Below, one piece after another: positions 38,633 to 49,314 of a stretch of 64,000 bases of DNA. Position 1 is the first letter of the stretch; every line of letters begins with the position of its first letter. Made by a program: the position numbers and the translations under genes. The DNA is from Squalus acanthias (taxonomy: Eukaryota): contig CM059435.1 in the NCBI GenBank assembly GCA_030390025.1, positions 87,978,001-88,042,000 on the forward strand, written 5' to 3'. The notes under the pieces are model-generated. The model saw only the letters and a list, made by a program, of their open reading frames with translations, was not told the DNA's origin and made no database searches.

Positions 38633-38667
38633 GTTCTGACAAAAGGTCATCGACCTGAAACGTTAGC
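38633..38667 (+). ncRNA. Decayed minimal hammerhead ribozyme of the second Penelope family
   Basis: GUU-CUGACAA-A-AGGUC(auc)GACCU-GAAA-CG-UU-AGC with palindromic ACGU. Core G8 is mutated to A, so probably inactive. Confidence 0.65.
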
Positions 38668-39067
38668 TCTGTTTCTCTCTCCACAGATGCTCCCTGACCG
38701 GCTGAATATTTCCAGCATTTTCTGTTTTTATTTCAGATTTCCAGCATCCGCAGTATTTTGCTTTTGTAAAATCCCTCATACATTCACTTTCAAATGTTAA
38801 TTTTGAATTTCAATTGGCTATCTGGCCTACAAAATCCAGCGACTCACCCTGCTGCATTTACCCCATTTCTAATTGCAGTTACATTTCTTATACTGCTGCG
38901 TAAAAGTTCAGCAGACTTGGTGGTTTGGAAGGTTCTGTTCTCAAGGCTGCGCTCTCGAAGGTTGATAAATCCTAAATGGTGGAAGGATCAGCACTGGGAA
39001 CATACCTTTCCAAACCAGCAGGCCTGCCAAATTCAAATGGCTGAATGCAGTGGCATAAGAAATATAA

Positions 39068-39268
39068 GTGAGAAGTCGCACAACACCAGGTTATAGTCCA
39101 ACAGCTTTATTTAAATCACAAGCTTTCGGAGCGCTGCTCCTTCGTCACCTGACGAAGGAGCAGCCGCTCCGAAAGCTTGTGATTTCAAATAAAGCTGTTG
39201 GACTATAACCTGGTGTTGTGCGACTTCTCACTTTTGTCCACCCCAGTCCAACACCGGCATCTCCGCAT
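39068..39268 (+). mobile_element. Non-autonomous Penelope-derived fold-back element
   Basis: Inverted arms 39066-39147 and 39150-39233 homologous to about 4740-4830, then a tail matching 4830-4866. Flanked by a duplication of up to 14 bp, CATAAGAAATATAA (39054-39067 and 39269-39282). Confidence 0.9.
39145..39182 (+). ncRNA. Minimal hammerhead ribozyme within the fold-back element
   Basis: UCAC-CUGACGA-A-GGAGC(agcc)GCUCC-GAAA-GC-UU-GUGA. Core and stems match 4736-4777; only N7 and loop II differ. Confidence 0.8.
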
Positions 39269-42200
39269 CATAAGAAATATAAACAGAGCAACAAAGGTAC
39301 AGCTCCATGGATAAACTAGCCTCTCATCTGAAATCTGCAAAGACAAAATATCAGAGATATTTTATTAACCAAAGCAGAGCAGGAAGGGGAAATCTGGGGA
39401 ACTAAGCCAAGGCTGCCCAAGCAGAGAAGCAATTAAACTCTTAAGTTTTAGCAGATAGAGAACCTAAGCAGGAAGGTGCAGGTGTAAAAGACATTAAGTG
39501 GAGTCCAAATGGCAGAGATATACATAGCTAAGGCAGGGCAATGATGGGCCAAAAGCCTGAAATCTCAGTTCAGTCACTCATCATTCAAGAATTTCAAGTC
39601 TGTGCTCCAAGTGTTAAGAGGGACACCGAGAATTCCAAATACTCAAGATGCCCGGCAAAGGTCTGGGTGCTGCCAAATGCAGAGGTGATTTGTCAGAACT
39701 AGCTTAGCTGGATCCAGAGAAATCTTTTAGGTGAATCATCACAATCCTTCTTCCTAGTGCAACCTCCTTGAATCTCAGCTACAAGAGGGAGATTAGCCAG
39801 CACAAGGCAGGACACAGAATTAGTAACAACCAGAGTCTGTGCTAATATAACACATATATTCAACAGTAAGTACCTCAGAGCGTCCAATACAAGAAACTGA
39901 AAAATAATTCTACAGACAATCTGGTTTTTTTCTCTTTCCACTTCTAAAGACATTTTACTTACTGTCCCAGTTACTTTTTTTTAGATAAAGCATTAAGCAG
40001 CGAGAGTGCATTAAAACCAAGAAGAAACTTGGATTTCAATAGGCTTTGATTGACAGTGATATATTCACAACTGTTAAGATTTACTTTCATTCATCGCTAT
40101 GCTGTTCCAAGAGTTTCATTTTTATTTTAGTGCTGCTACTGATCTATACGTAGGTCAAAGATCTGGGTTTGAAGATCAAATGGTAATGATATGTAAGTGC
40201 AGCCTGGTAACAGGAGTAGATCAGTGATCCAGCTCTGCAAATAGTACTATATAAACTGAGCCAATCCAATTTCATTGGTGCTGGTTTATTTAGCATTTAG
40301 TCACAAGGTTTAATGTTAAATTAAAATCAAATAATTTACAAATAACACCATCATTGTTTACATGTGGCCCACTGTGCTCCATGGGGTGTAACTAAATGGC
40401 CAAAGAGAGAGTTTGGACACCTCTAATGTCATTCATTTGAGTTTATCAAATCACCTTGTGTTGAATTCCAAGCCAAATACACCTTTGTTACTATGCTAGC
40501 TCGGTCCCATGCCAAAACAATTCTTGGCATAGCAAAGCCCTGCAACACGGCCGAGCATTCAAGCATTCCTTATTGCCTAAATAACCCTAAATAATCCATT
40601 ACAGTTTGCAGGCTTGTTCTATCTTCCCATTAACAGGTTGTGTGTGTGTCCAACTGCGGCAATTCTGGAGTTACCAATCTCACGCTATTTCCACTTTTAG
40701 ATGAGTCTTTCCTAATATTAGTACTGCATGGATGATTGAGCTAGATCACAGTGAAATCTACCATCAAGTTAAATTATTATTTTTTAAGAAACGTAATTGT
40801 CACACCTCATGCCCCATCTGAGAGCATGGACAGGCAACCGTCTCCCAGGCCTCTGTCAATGATGGCCTTTAACTAATGGATGCACACTATTTGGCTAGTT
40901 CAACTCATCCACCAATTTTCCTTCTTTACAAAGAATCAAGACATACCAATCAAGCTTAGAAACTCAGAGTTCGGTCATTGTAGACACAAACCTGCACCCC
41001 TTAGCACAGCAAACTGATACAATAATAATGCTGTGTTAACAAACCATATACAATCACAGATTACCTTTAGAGAGACAGTACTAATATGCAAGGCCTCAGT
41101 ACAAAACATAATTTTTACCTCTGCTGAACAAGTTGGCAATTTACAAAATTACCAGGTATTTCAGATAAATCGCGCTCCTCTTTTCTTTTTCATGATCAAA
41201 TTGATTCCAACGAAGAAAAAAAGTGTTTTTAAAAATTGTACAGCAACGTGAAAACAATTCAGTGAAGTTACCTGACCTGCCAACCAAAAGCTAAATAATT
41301 TGGTAGATATTAATGAATAAAATATTGGGAGGTTTTATTTTCTGGCTTAATGGTTTTCTTCAAAGTCTGTGAAATGTGTATGTATAAAATGAAATCATGG
41401 TTCAAATGCATGAAAATGACATGGAAATAATGAATGCAGTGAAGACAGCTGACTTGCTGGCCAAAAATTGAATAATGTGTGTGTGAGGTACAAACTAATC
41501 AAATCTTGGACGTTTCATTGATGTGCTGGCTCAATGCTTTCTTTCAGAATCTGTGTAATGTGTACATATAACATTCAACAATGCCTCAATCACACAAGGC
41601 AGACATGGAAGTAATAAATTAATTTGGTGAGAGCACCTGACCATGGCCGCAAATTAAGTAATTTGTTTTCTGCAAAGTAGAATGAATGAAATCTTAGAGG
41701 TTTTGTTCGTATGCTGCCCAATACCTTTCCTCAAAGTCTGAATAAATATGAAATTAAATAATAATCCCTGAGTGTGCAAAGCAGGCATGGAAATAGTTAA
41801 TTGAGAGTGCCCTGATACAAGTCTTGAATTCCCATTTGCAATACCACTGGAGATCAACTAATATTAAAAGTCTTATACATAGCACTGTCACACACTTTCC
41901 ATAATACTTTTAGGTAAAACACTGAATTATAGATACAGTTATGCTAGCACACATGGTCAGGTCATTCTTCCCACAATTAACTCCCCTCAGCCCTGGTGTC
42001 CCCAAACACACTCTTCCATTTCCTCAAGTGCTGCAGGACACAAAGAAGTTAAAACAAACTAAAATTAAATGAACAGCTCCAAGTTGGATATAAAATGTAG
42101 GAAAGTTTATTCGTTTTAAAACAGTGATTCTTACAATTAGGGTCTCTTGACGTAATATATTACAGATGCAAAATAATGTTCCAGCTCATTTCCTCCAATA

Positions 42201-42765
42201 ACATATCCGTTTCACAATAACTACAAATTCTTAATTGACGAACAAAATCAGAGTCCTCGGCAACCTGAACTCTAACTGAACCCACCATTCAAGAATCCCG
42301 AGCAATACCTTCTATTCTTAAAGGGACACACACCTACATTCTATTTTACATTGCATAATTATAAAAACAGCACATCCTGACTTAGCTCCATGGGAGATTT
42401 GCCATTAATATATAAACGAGCTATGCTACGTTCTTCCATTGATGGTTGCTATTTTCTCTCACCTCCACAGCACTAATCCAAAAGGCTGTGATGAGCACTT
42501 TCTCCCCAAACACTTAGTTACAGTAAACTTCTGCACTCATGAAATTCCCCACCAAGAACCCTCCATTTAATCCAACCTTCAATCATGCGCATAGTTATCA
42601 AGGCGGGTAGCATTTAAGTATAAAATGGTTATCTAACCTTAATTTGAAATTAAAAAAAACGATTCTATTTTACAGCATGCACTAAATAAAGTTGGAAACT
42701 GGTATTAGAAAGTATCCGCAACCCAGGACATAATTTTCGATTAATAAACCAGATAACATGCTTAC

Positions 42766-43078
42766 CTTTGGGCATCTTCCGTATAATGTTAAAAACTGTG
42801 CTCTGTTCAATTAGTTCTTTTGCTCTGAAAAAGTGCATGGCTGGTGGGAATTTACCAGTTTCCATTCCATCGACTATTTCCTTTATTTTTACTTTCTTAA
42901 GTATATCATTAACTTGGAGTTCTTTTTTGGTCGATAGTAGATTACCGCCTGTAGATTCGAACTGCTCCAGTTTCATCAAATGATCTCGGTCGGTCGGAAT
43001 TGGAAACGTTCGACACACAGCAAATAAACAAAAGACTGAAAGCACAGCGGTCTCTCTTTTGAAATTTGCTGTATTCAT
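42766..43078 (-). CDS. ADA2: Adenosine deaminase 2, first coding exon (signal peptide plus N-terminal region)
   Basis: ATG at 43078 gives MNTANFKRETAVLSVFCLFAVCRTFPIP...FPPAMHFFRAKELIEQSTVFNIIRKMPK-G, the ADA2/ADGF 'PPxMHFF...MPKG' signature. GTAAG donor follows 42766; 313 nt, phase 1. Confidence 0.95.
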
Positions 43079-43129
43079 TTTCAAAAATAAACCACACGGC
43101 TGTGTACTCAAAGTTAGTCAAGATCAAGT

Positions 43130-44460
43130 AAAACACTAAACGCACAACCAGCTAGAACTTCAACCTGAGCGATTAAACTCACAGAAACGCGACTAAAGCT
43201 GAATTACTTTCGCTTCTGCAAACAACTCACGCTTCCACTTTTGCGTGACAGCTGAAGTAACTCGGTCGTTATTTATCTTAACGAAACTCCGCGTCGTGTG
43301 GAAAAAAAACAAATCACTTCCGCATCCTTACAGAAGGGGCGGCGACCTGATCATTGGGGAGTTGCAACTTTTGAAAGGATTAAAAGCCGAGAGCATTTAA
43401 CAACATTTTCAAAGATTTTTTTTTTGGTTGGTGGGGGGGGGGTTAAAAAAAAAGTTTCGGCGGACATACAAAGACTTTAATTTTGAGTTGCCAAGGCAAG
43501 GCGGTTGCAAGCTGGGTCGCTGCCCCGTGGCGCCCGTCACCGGGGAAAAGCCTTGGGAATGTGGACTAACCCCGAGCCCGGCGGCAGCGCTCGCGTCCCA
43601 CGCATTTGGGTTCCATCCGAACAATCGCTTCGAACGCTCCGACAGTGGGAATGGAACCTTGCGTGATCCGAAGGAACGTTCGCCCACTTCTAGTCGCCAA
43701 TAGTTGCAATCTTAATCAAACACGCGGCGCTTCGGCGCCAGCTCACAGGGACAGGAGAGATTCAGTCACAGAATAATTCAGGCCAGCTAACACAAGGGCC
43801 CCCTCAAAACACAGCCCAGTCTCATTAATAGAACTCGCCATTAAAACACCGCGGGGCAACCAAAATATTAAGTCCCCGCCCCTCCTCAAACAATAACTAC
43901 CCGCTCAACCTATTGGCTCGCCCCCCCCCTCCCAACCCACCCAAGAGACCGCGTCGTCACATCCTGTGGAAGGCACGGAGCCCTCGCACTATCCCGTGGG
44001 GGTGTCGCAGCCGAGCAGCCGCTCAGAATTATCCATTGTAGCCAGAACTGCCTTGGCCCCGGTCTCTCAGGTGCACCGGCGCTTATTGTGAAAAGCAGGT
44101 CCTGGTCGCAGTACGCAGCTCGGGCGGTTTTAATGAAGTAATGTCCCAAGCGGCGAGCGCCGGAGTTTGGCCGTGCCTCCCTCCGGTGTGCTGAGGAATT
44201 GGAGTGCTCCCCTGTTGTTGCCTGGCCATCTGTTCCTCGGTGAGAATGGGGCTGCTAGATTGTTACATGATTACACACGCACGCTTGCACTGACTGAGCG
44301 AGAGTAGCAGTCTCGGCCATGGCAGGCAGCGCAGCCAGTTACACCCAGCACATTTGTTACACCAGTCGTAATTAGGAGACTGGAAGGGGAGGGGGAAAAA
44401 CACAAGGAAAAGAAGTTCGAGGAAAACTATCTCTCATGTGAAAAAGGGAATTTGATGCCA
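43130..44460. promoter_or_regulatory. CpG island / putative bidirectional promoter shared by ADA2 and CECR2
   Basis: CpG-rich, repeat-free interval between divergent start codons 1.39 kb apart. GC box CCCCGCCC near 43874 and inverted CCAAT (ATTGG) near 43912. Confidence 0.75.
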
Positions 44461-44466
44461 TTTAAA

Positions 44467-44595
44467 ATGTCCGAGGAATGTCCATCTTCGACCGTTTCGG
44501 TGGAAGAAATTCGTTCTTGGTGGGAAGTACCCGCCATCGCACACTTTTGCTCATTATTCAGGACAGCATTTGGGCTCCCGGACTTCGAAATTGAG
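44467..44595 (+). CDS. CECR2: CECR2 chromatin remodelling regulator, first coding exon (start of DDT domain); in-frame alternative ATG at 44455
   Basis: MSEECPSSTVSVEEIRSWWEVPAIAHFCSLFRTAFGLPDFEIE then GTAAT donor, phase 0. RSWWEVPAIAHFCSLFRTAF is the CECR2 N-terminus, and adjacency to ADA2 matches cat-eye-region synteny. Confidence 0.93.
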
Positions 44596-47500
44596 GTAAT
44601 TTTATTTTTCCCTTGAATGAGTTCCGAGACGCTCTTTTCCTGTAAATTATTACGTTGCGTTTCTAAGCCCCTGTCATTTCAAAGAGTTTAAAGTTTGTAA
44701 TCATGTGGATGCAGGATGTCAATCTCGCCTCCCAGCTGCTGGCTGGATTCTATTGTGGTTCCAAAAGCGCTCGATTGCAGTCAATGATGGGCTAGTGCGG
44801 ACTCTAATCAGCGCTGTTTGCCTTTCTTTAAAAAAAAATAAAACGTGTGTCTCTATTTAAAAGTTTACTAAAGTTTGCATCTGTTCGATGGAGAGGGGGG
44901 AGGAGGTGGTGTGTTTGTTTAGTAAGAAGGAGCGTGTCTCCCGATAAGGTGCTGCTGCTCTTCATGATCTGCTCTGCCACACATCCATCACAGCAGTGGC
45001 ATTGTTAGGAGAAAGAAGAGCCACATGCTGCTTACAAAGTTAGCTGTTTGCCCTTTTAAACTACATTTTTGGTGGAAAAAGCCCCGGAAACGCGTATATT
45101 TCCCTCAACTTTAAAATGAGCATTTTAACACACACACAATCTAGAATCAGATTAATGTGCGTTTCGCAAATAGCTTGATTCATCGGCGAGGCGTTGAATA
45201 TTTCGTTACATTTCGCCACTGTTGGTAGAAAATAAGTGTAACAAATTAAACTTGTGATGGGCAATGTTATATTCGATATCTGGTATCCAGGGTATTAAAG
45301 AAAACAGCACATTCGTTAACACTGTTTTAACGGGATTTTTTAAGTACCTATATCGGAAACGGAATCCAGAAACTCATTCTGTTTGAGGTTAAAATTAAAC
45401 AAATGCATTCACCCCGCTCTTTCCGATTTCTCATCCTTTTCCCCATTGTTGTTTTTTGTTCCGTGAACCTATTGTTTAAAGCTGTTTCCACAGGAGGGAG
45501 GGGAGTTGAAAGGCTTAATTCAGAAGGAATTGTTGTTTGCTTGTGATTCTCGGAGAAGTTTTTTGTTTCGATTTTTTTGAAATCCAAATAAAATGTATGT
45601 TTTTGGGTATGTGTTAAGTTGCAAGCGAAAAATCAAATCCTCGAGTTGAGCTGGTGTCTCCGGTGTGGTTTTTATCGTCGAATGTATGTTTACTGTACGG
45701 CGTGTTCTGCAGCTTTTCAAAACAAAGCTCGTACTTCTCGCAGAATGCAACCCTGAGCAAAATTCAGTCTACCTTGGTGGGTTTAACGATGTGTCAACCA
45801 GCCACCAGCTGGGCTGCGTATGTTTGTTGTTCATATTGAGGAATAAGTTTGTTTTCCGTTTCTCAAATGCAACAAGTTGTTTATTTTCTTGATCTGCTTT
45901 AGCATTATAGAGTTCCAGTTTAAAAATACGTTTCATGCTGTGTTTTTGTAATTTATTATAAAAGAAAATTCCAGGAATTCGTTAACACGTTTAAGACTTG
46001 GGGCCCATTCCTAAGATGGAGTGACCAGTTCCATTTTATCTTTAAGGACATCTTACCTTTTAACCTCCCGCTGCCCTCCTCCCTTTCTGCAGCCCCCCTC
46101 CCCCGAAATCTATTCACTGGTTTGTTTGTTTTGCCATCTCCCGTGCTTTCCCTAAATAGTGCACCCATCCGTACCTCCATGACAGTTTGTATCCTGACAC
46201 TTTTCAAACTGTTTTGCATTGTTTTGGTTGTGGGCCTAGTAAAATTGCTGATTTTGTGCGTGTTCATCGTGATTTCACTGCTCGGTTTACAACCGTGTTG
46301 CTGTCCTTGGTAGCAAATGTTTTTTTTGTTGTTAAATATATTAGTCACTTTGTACAGTACAGTTAGCGTGCAGTTTGGATAATCTTATGTTGGGGGTTGA
46401 TGCACATTTTATTTGTGTTACTGTGTTTACCATATCTACTTAAAAGTATCAATTAAACTGTAATATTTTAAAACGTTGCTGTCATTTGGAGACAAATCTC
46501 AAAGTCTGTTTTTCCTTTTCCGATCACATCAATTTGTCCAGAGTTTTCTTGATGCATTAACAATGTGATGTGTACTAGTGGTTTACAACAGTGAATGAGT
46601 GGCACCAACTGCGCAAGTGATTCATATTCCATAAATCATTGGTGCCCACCATATCTTGTATTTGTCATATGCTGCGTATAGTTAGTATTAAGGTAGTTTA
46701 AATGCTGTTTCTCAATGCACTTTACCATTCTGGCTGTGGAATGATGCCATTGTGAGGCTGGGTGATACAGCCCTACAATATGTGTTGATTGTGATGTAGT
46801 TCTGGTGCTTTTCACAGATCTTTGTGAGAAGCTGAAATGTTCAGGTGGTCACTGACATGAATTTTCCTCTATTGGTTTAGAGACTGCATGTCTGGTATGA
46901 AGTAGATTATTTAAGAAATAGCGATTTTTTGATTCAAAGGTTCCTGTTGCCAATGGCAGAGTTAGTAAACGCACTGCCTTGTATAAAACATAACCATATA
47001 GACCAGAAAGACCCCAGGTTCAATTTCTGGTTTATGCTGAGTTACCTGACCTCGGTTGCGACGACAATTGGCGCACTGCAATTGGCCTCAATAGTTCCAG
47101 TTTAGCGTGTGAATGTGAAGTGAAAATAAGATCTGCCTCTGGTGTGGTGCTCACACATGAAGAATGGCCATTTAGACAAAACATCAGATGGTGGCACTCA
47201 TGGAACTGTACACCAGCATGACTCAGTGCGTTCAGGAAAGAAGGGGGATAATACTGTACTTCATACTTTAGGTATAACTACTGAAGCAATTTCTTAAGTG
47301 TGTCAAAATGTAATGCTTAATTATTTAAAGCAAGTCATGAATGAGGAGGTATGTGTTTGCCTAGTGGCAGGAACTCACTCCAACTAAAGTACTGCAGTAC
47401 CCAGCTGTACTGAGAGATAAATGTAAACCTTTGAGTATATTATTGTCACTACATTGTAGGTTAGCTTGTAGAATTATTTTCTGTGACATGAGTTCTTACT

Positions 47501-47629
47501 GGCAGCTTTGAGTTGGTCCATGTGTTTGGAGAGTTTACAATAATTTTCATCTGATCAAAATCCCAGCTCTTAATCTGATGACACATGCAGTATAAAGAAC
47601 AGCTCTATTCCTAGCACAGTTTTATATTT

Positions 47630-48066
47630 ACATAAGAACATAAGAAATAGGAGCAGGAGTAGGCCATTCGGCACCTTCGAGCCTGCTCTGCCATTCAATA
47701 AGATCATAGCTGATCTTCTACCTCAACTGCACTATCCCCATATCCCTTGATTCCCTTAATATCCAAAAATCTATCGATCTCTGTCTTGCATATACTCAAC
47801 GACTGAGCCTCCACAGCCCTCTGGGGTAGAAAATTCCAAAGATTAACCACCCTCTGAGTGAAGAAAGTTCTCCTCATCTCAGTCCTAAATGGTCGACCCC
47901 TTATTCTGAGACTGTGACCCCTGGTTCTAGATTCCCCTGGCAGGGGAAACATCCTCCCTGTATCTACCCTGTCAAGCCCTGTAAGAATTTTGTATATTTC
48001 AGTGAGATCACCTCTCATTCTTACAAACTCTAGAGAATATAGGCCTAGTCTACTCCATCTCTCCTC
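47630..48066 (-). mobile_element. CR1 LINE 3' end
   Basis: RGDLTEIYKILTGLDRVD...RVVNLWNFLP and a (TTCTTATG)-type tail. Confidence 0.88.
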
Positions 48067-49314
48067 AAACTGAAGAATGAGGACTGTTTTATGCTTTGGG
48101 TCTGGTACAGATACGTTTCCATATTCCTTAATCAGAGTGCTTCCAGGTTCATTTTTTTATTTTCCATTTTATAAATTAGTAAATGTGTTCTCTTTTTTTT
48201 AAGAAAATATAATCAAAAAACACTATACAGTATTACAAAGGTAAATCATTGCAATCTCGTCTGTTACATTTTAGCTCCATCATCCTGTACATCTGCTCAA
48301 AGGATAAATTGTGGGCATTAAATTATGGCCCTATTTTAATCTCAACATTTATTAATTCTTTTGTGGAAACTAAAATTAGCACAATTTCTTCTGTAAAATA
48401 GATAGCTACCATTGTTTATTACATTGTAAACTAAAATGCTGTAATAAATCAGCTGCCAGTTATATATTTTGTACTTTTAAACTATTATGTGCTTGTTACT
48501 GGTTGGAAAGAGATCACCTAGTAAAATTAGTTCTGAAAATAAACCATGTGGTGTAAATATCCTGACATCTGTCTTGTATATTTTAAAATACTTATGTAAG
48601 TAATGTGCATCTAAGAATATATTTTGGCCAAGTATGCAAAGACAACAAAATTATGGAGATTTTAAATTTATGACCATTCATTCACCTGTGATCATAATGG
48701 TTTGTGGGTGTAAATTTCAAATAATTTGAATGTATTTTTTTTACACTTTTTAATATGCCTGATTAGAAATGTATGGTATTTCATAAAATGTCAAGTTGGC
48801 AGAAATATATACAACAACTGCATAAAGAGGCTGAGAGGAAGCAGTTCCAGTTATTGTAGAAAGTTTGCAGTAGTCATAGAAGCTAGATGATATTAAAAGT
48901 TGTCTTTATCCAGAATAAAAGGATATTTGTTTTGTTTTTCAAATTAAATGCATTAATGTGAATCAATTGAAAATGATACTTTACTTCAGTAAATGTTCTT
49001 TTAAACTTATTGTGTAGTACATCACATTGATGTAATAATGAGGTGTGTCACAGAGGAGTTGGATTCAAATGTACATTGCATGGTTCCCAATCTCAGCCAG
49101 TCTTATGGGCAATTACATTGAGAAATGGTGCTTTACCATAAGGAGGGAGGGGAAAAAATGGAAAGTGACTCAACAGACCCCTGAGCACCTCATAGCTGCG
49201 TAGTCACTCCACGGTGTTTCTAAAGAATGGGCTGCGGTAAAAGTAATGGGAAAGCAGTTTACATTTTGTAAAAATGCACAGTAGCACAATTTAAAAAAAA
49301 ACAACTTGCATTTA

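Larger units (their letters stand above)
36050..38767 (+). mobile_element. Degenerate Penelope-like element of a second family, interrupted by an assembly gap and a SINE
   Basis: Frameshifted RT remnants (LRSNPDIVSKPADKGGTVVVW, YLLPKIHK, RPIV, MDVQYLYTSIPHQDGL). Endonuclease C-terminus near 38325-38410 (EQHVIF*LDTFQPSGLNTDFNNF) and a pyrimidine-rich 3' UTR. Confidence 0.85.

Noticed and set aside
42665-43111. ORF-track versions of the ADA2 exons (also 28124-28495 and 16935-17312)
   Set aside because: They run past splice sites into introns; trimmed to GT-AG boundaries with consistent phases.
43164-43230. Possible short 5'-UTR intron of ADA2 (GTGAGT near 43230, CAG near 43165)
   Set aside because: Weak polypyrimidine tract and a very short intron; cannot be supported without transcripts.
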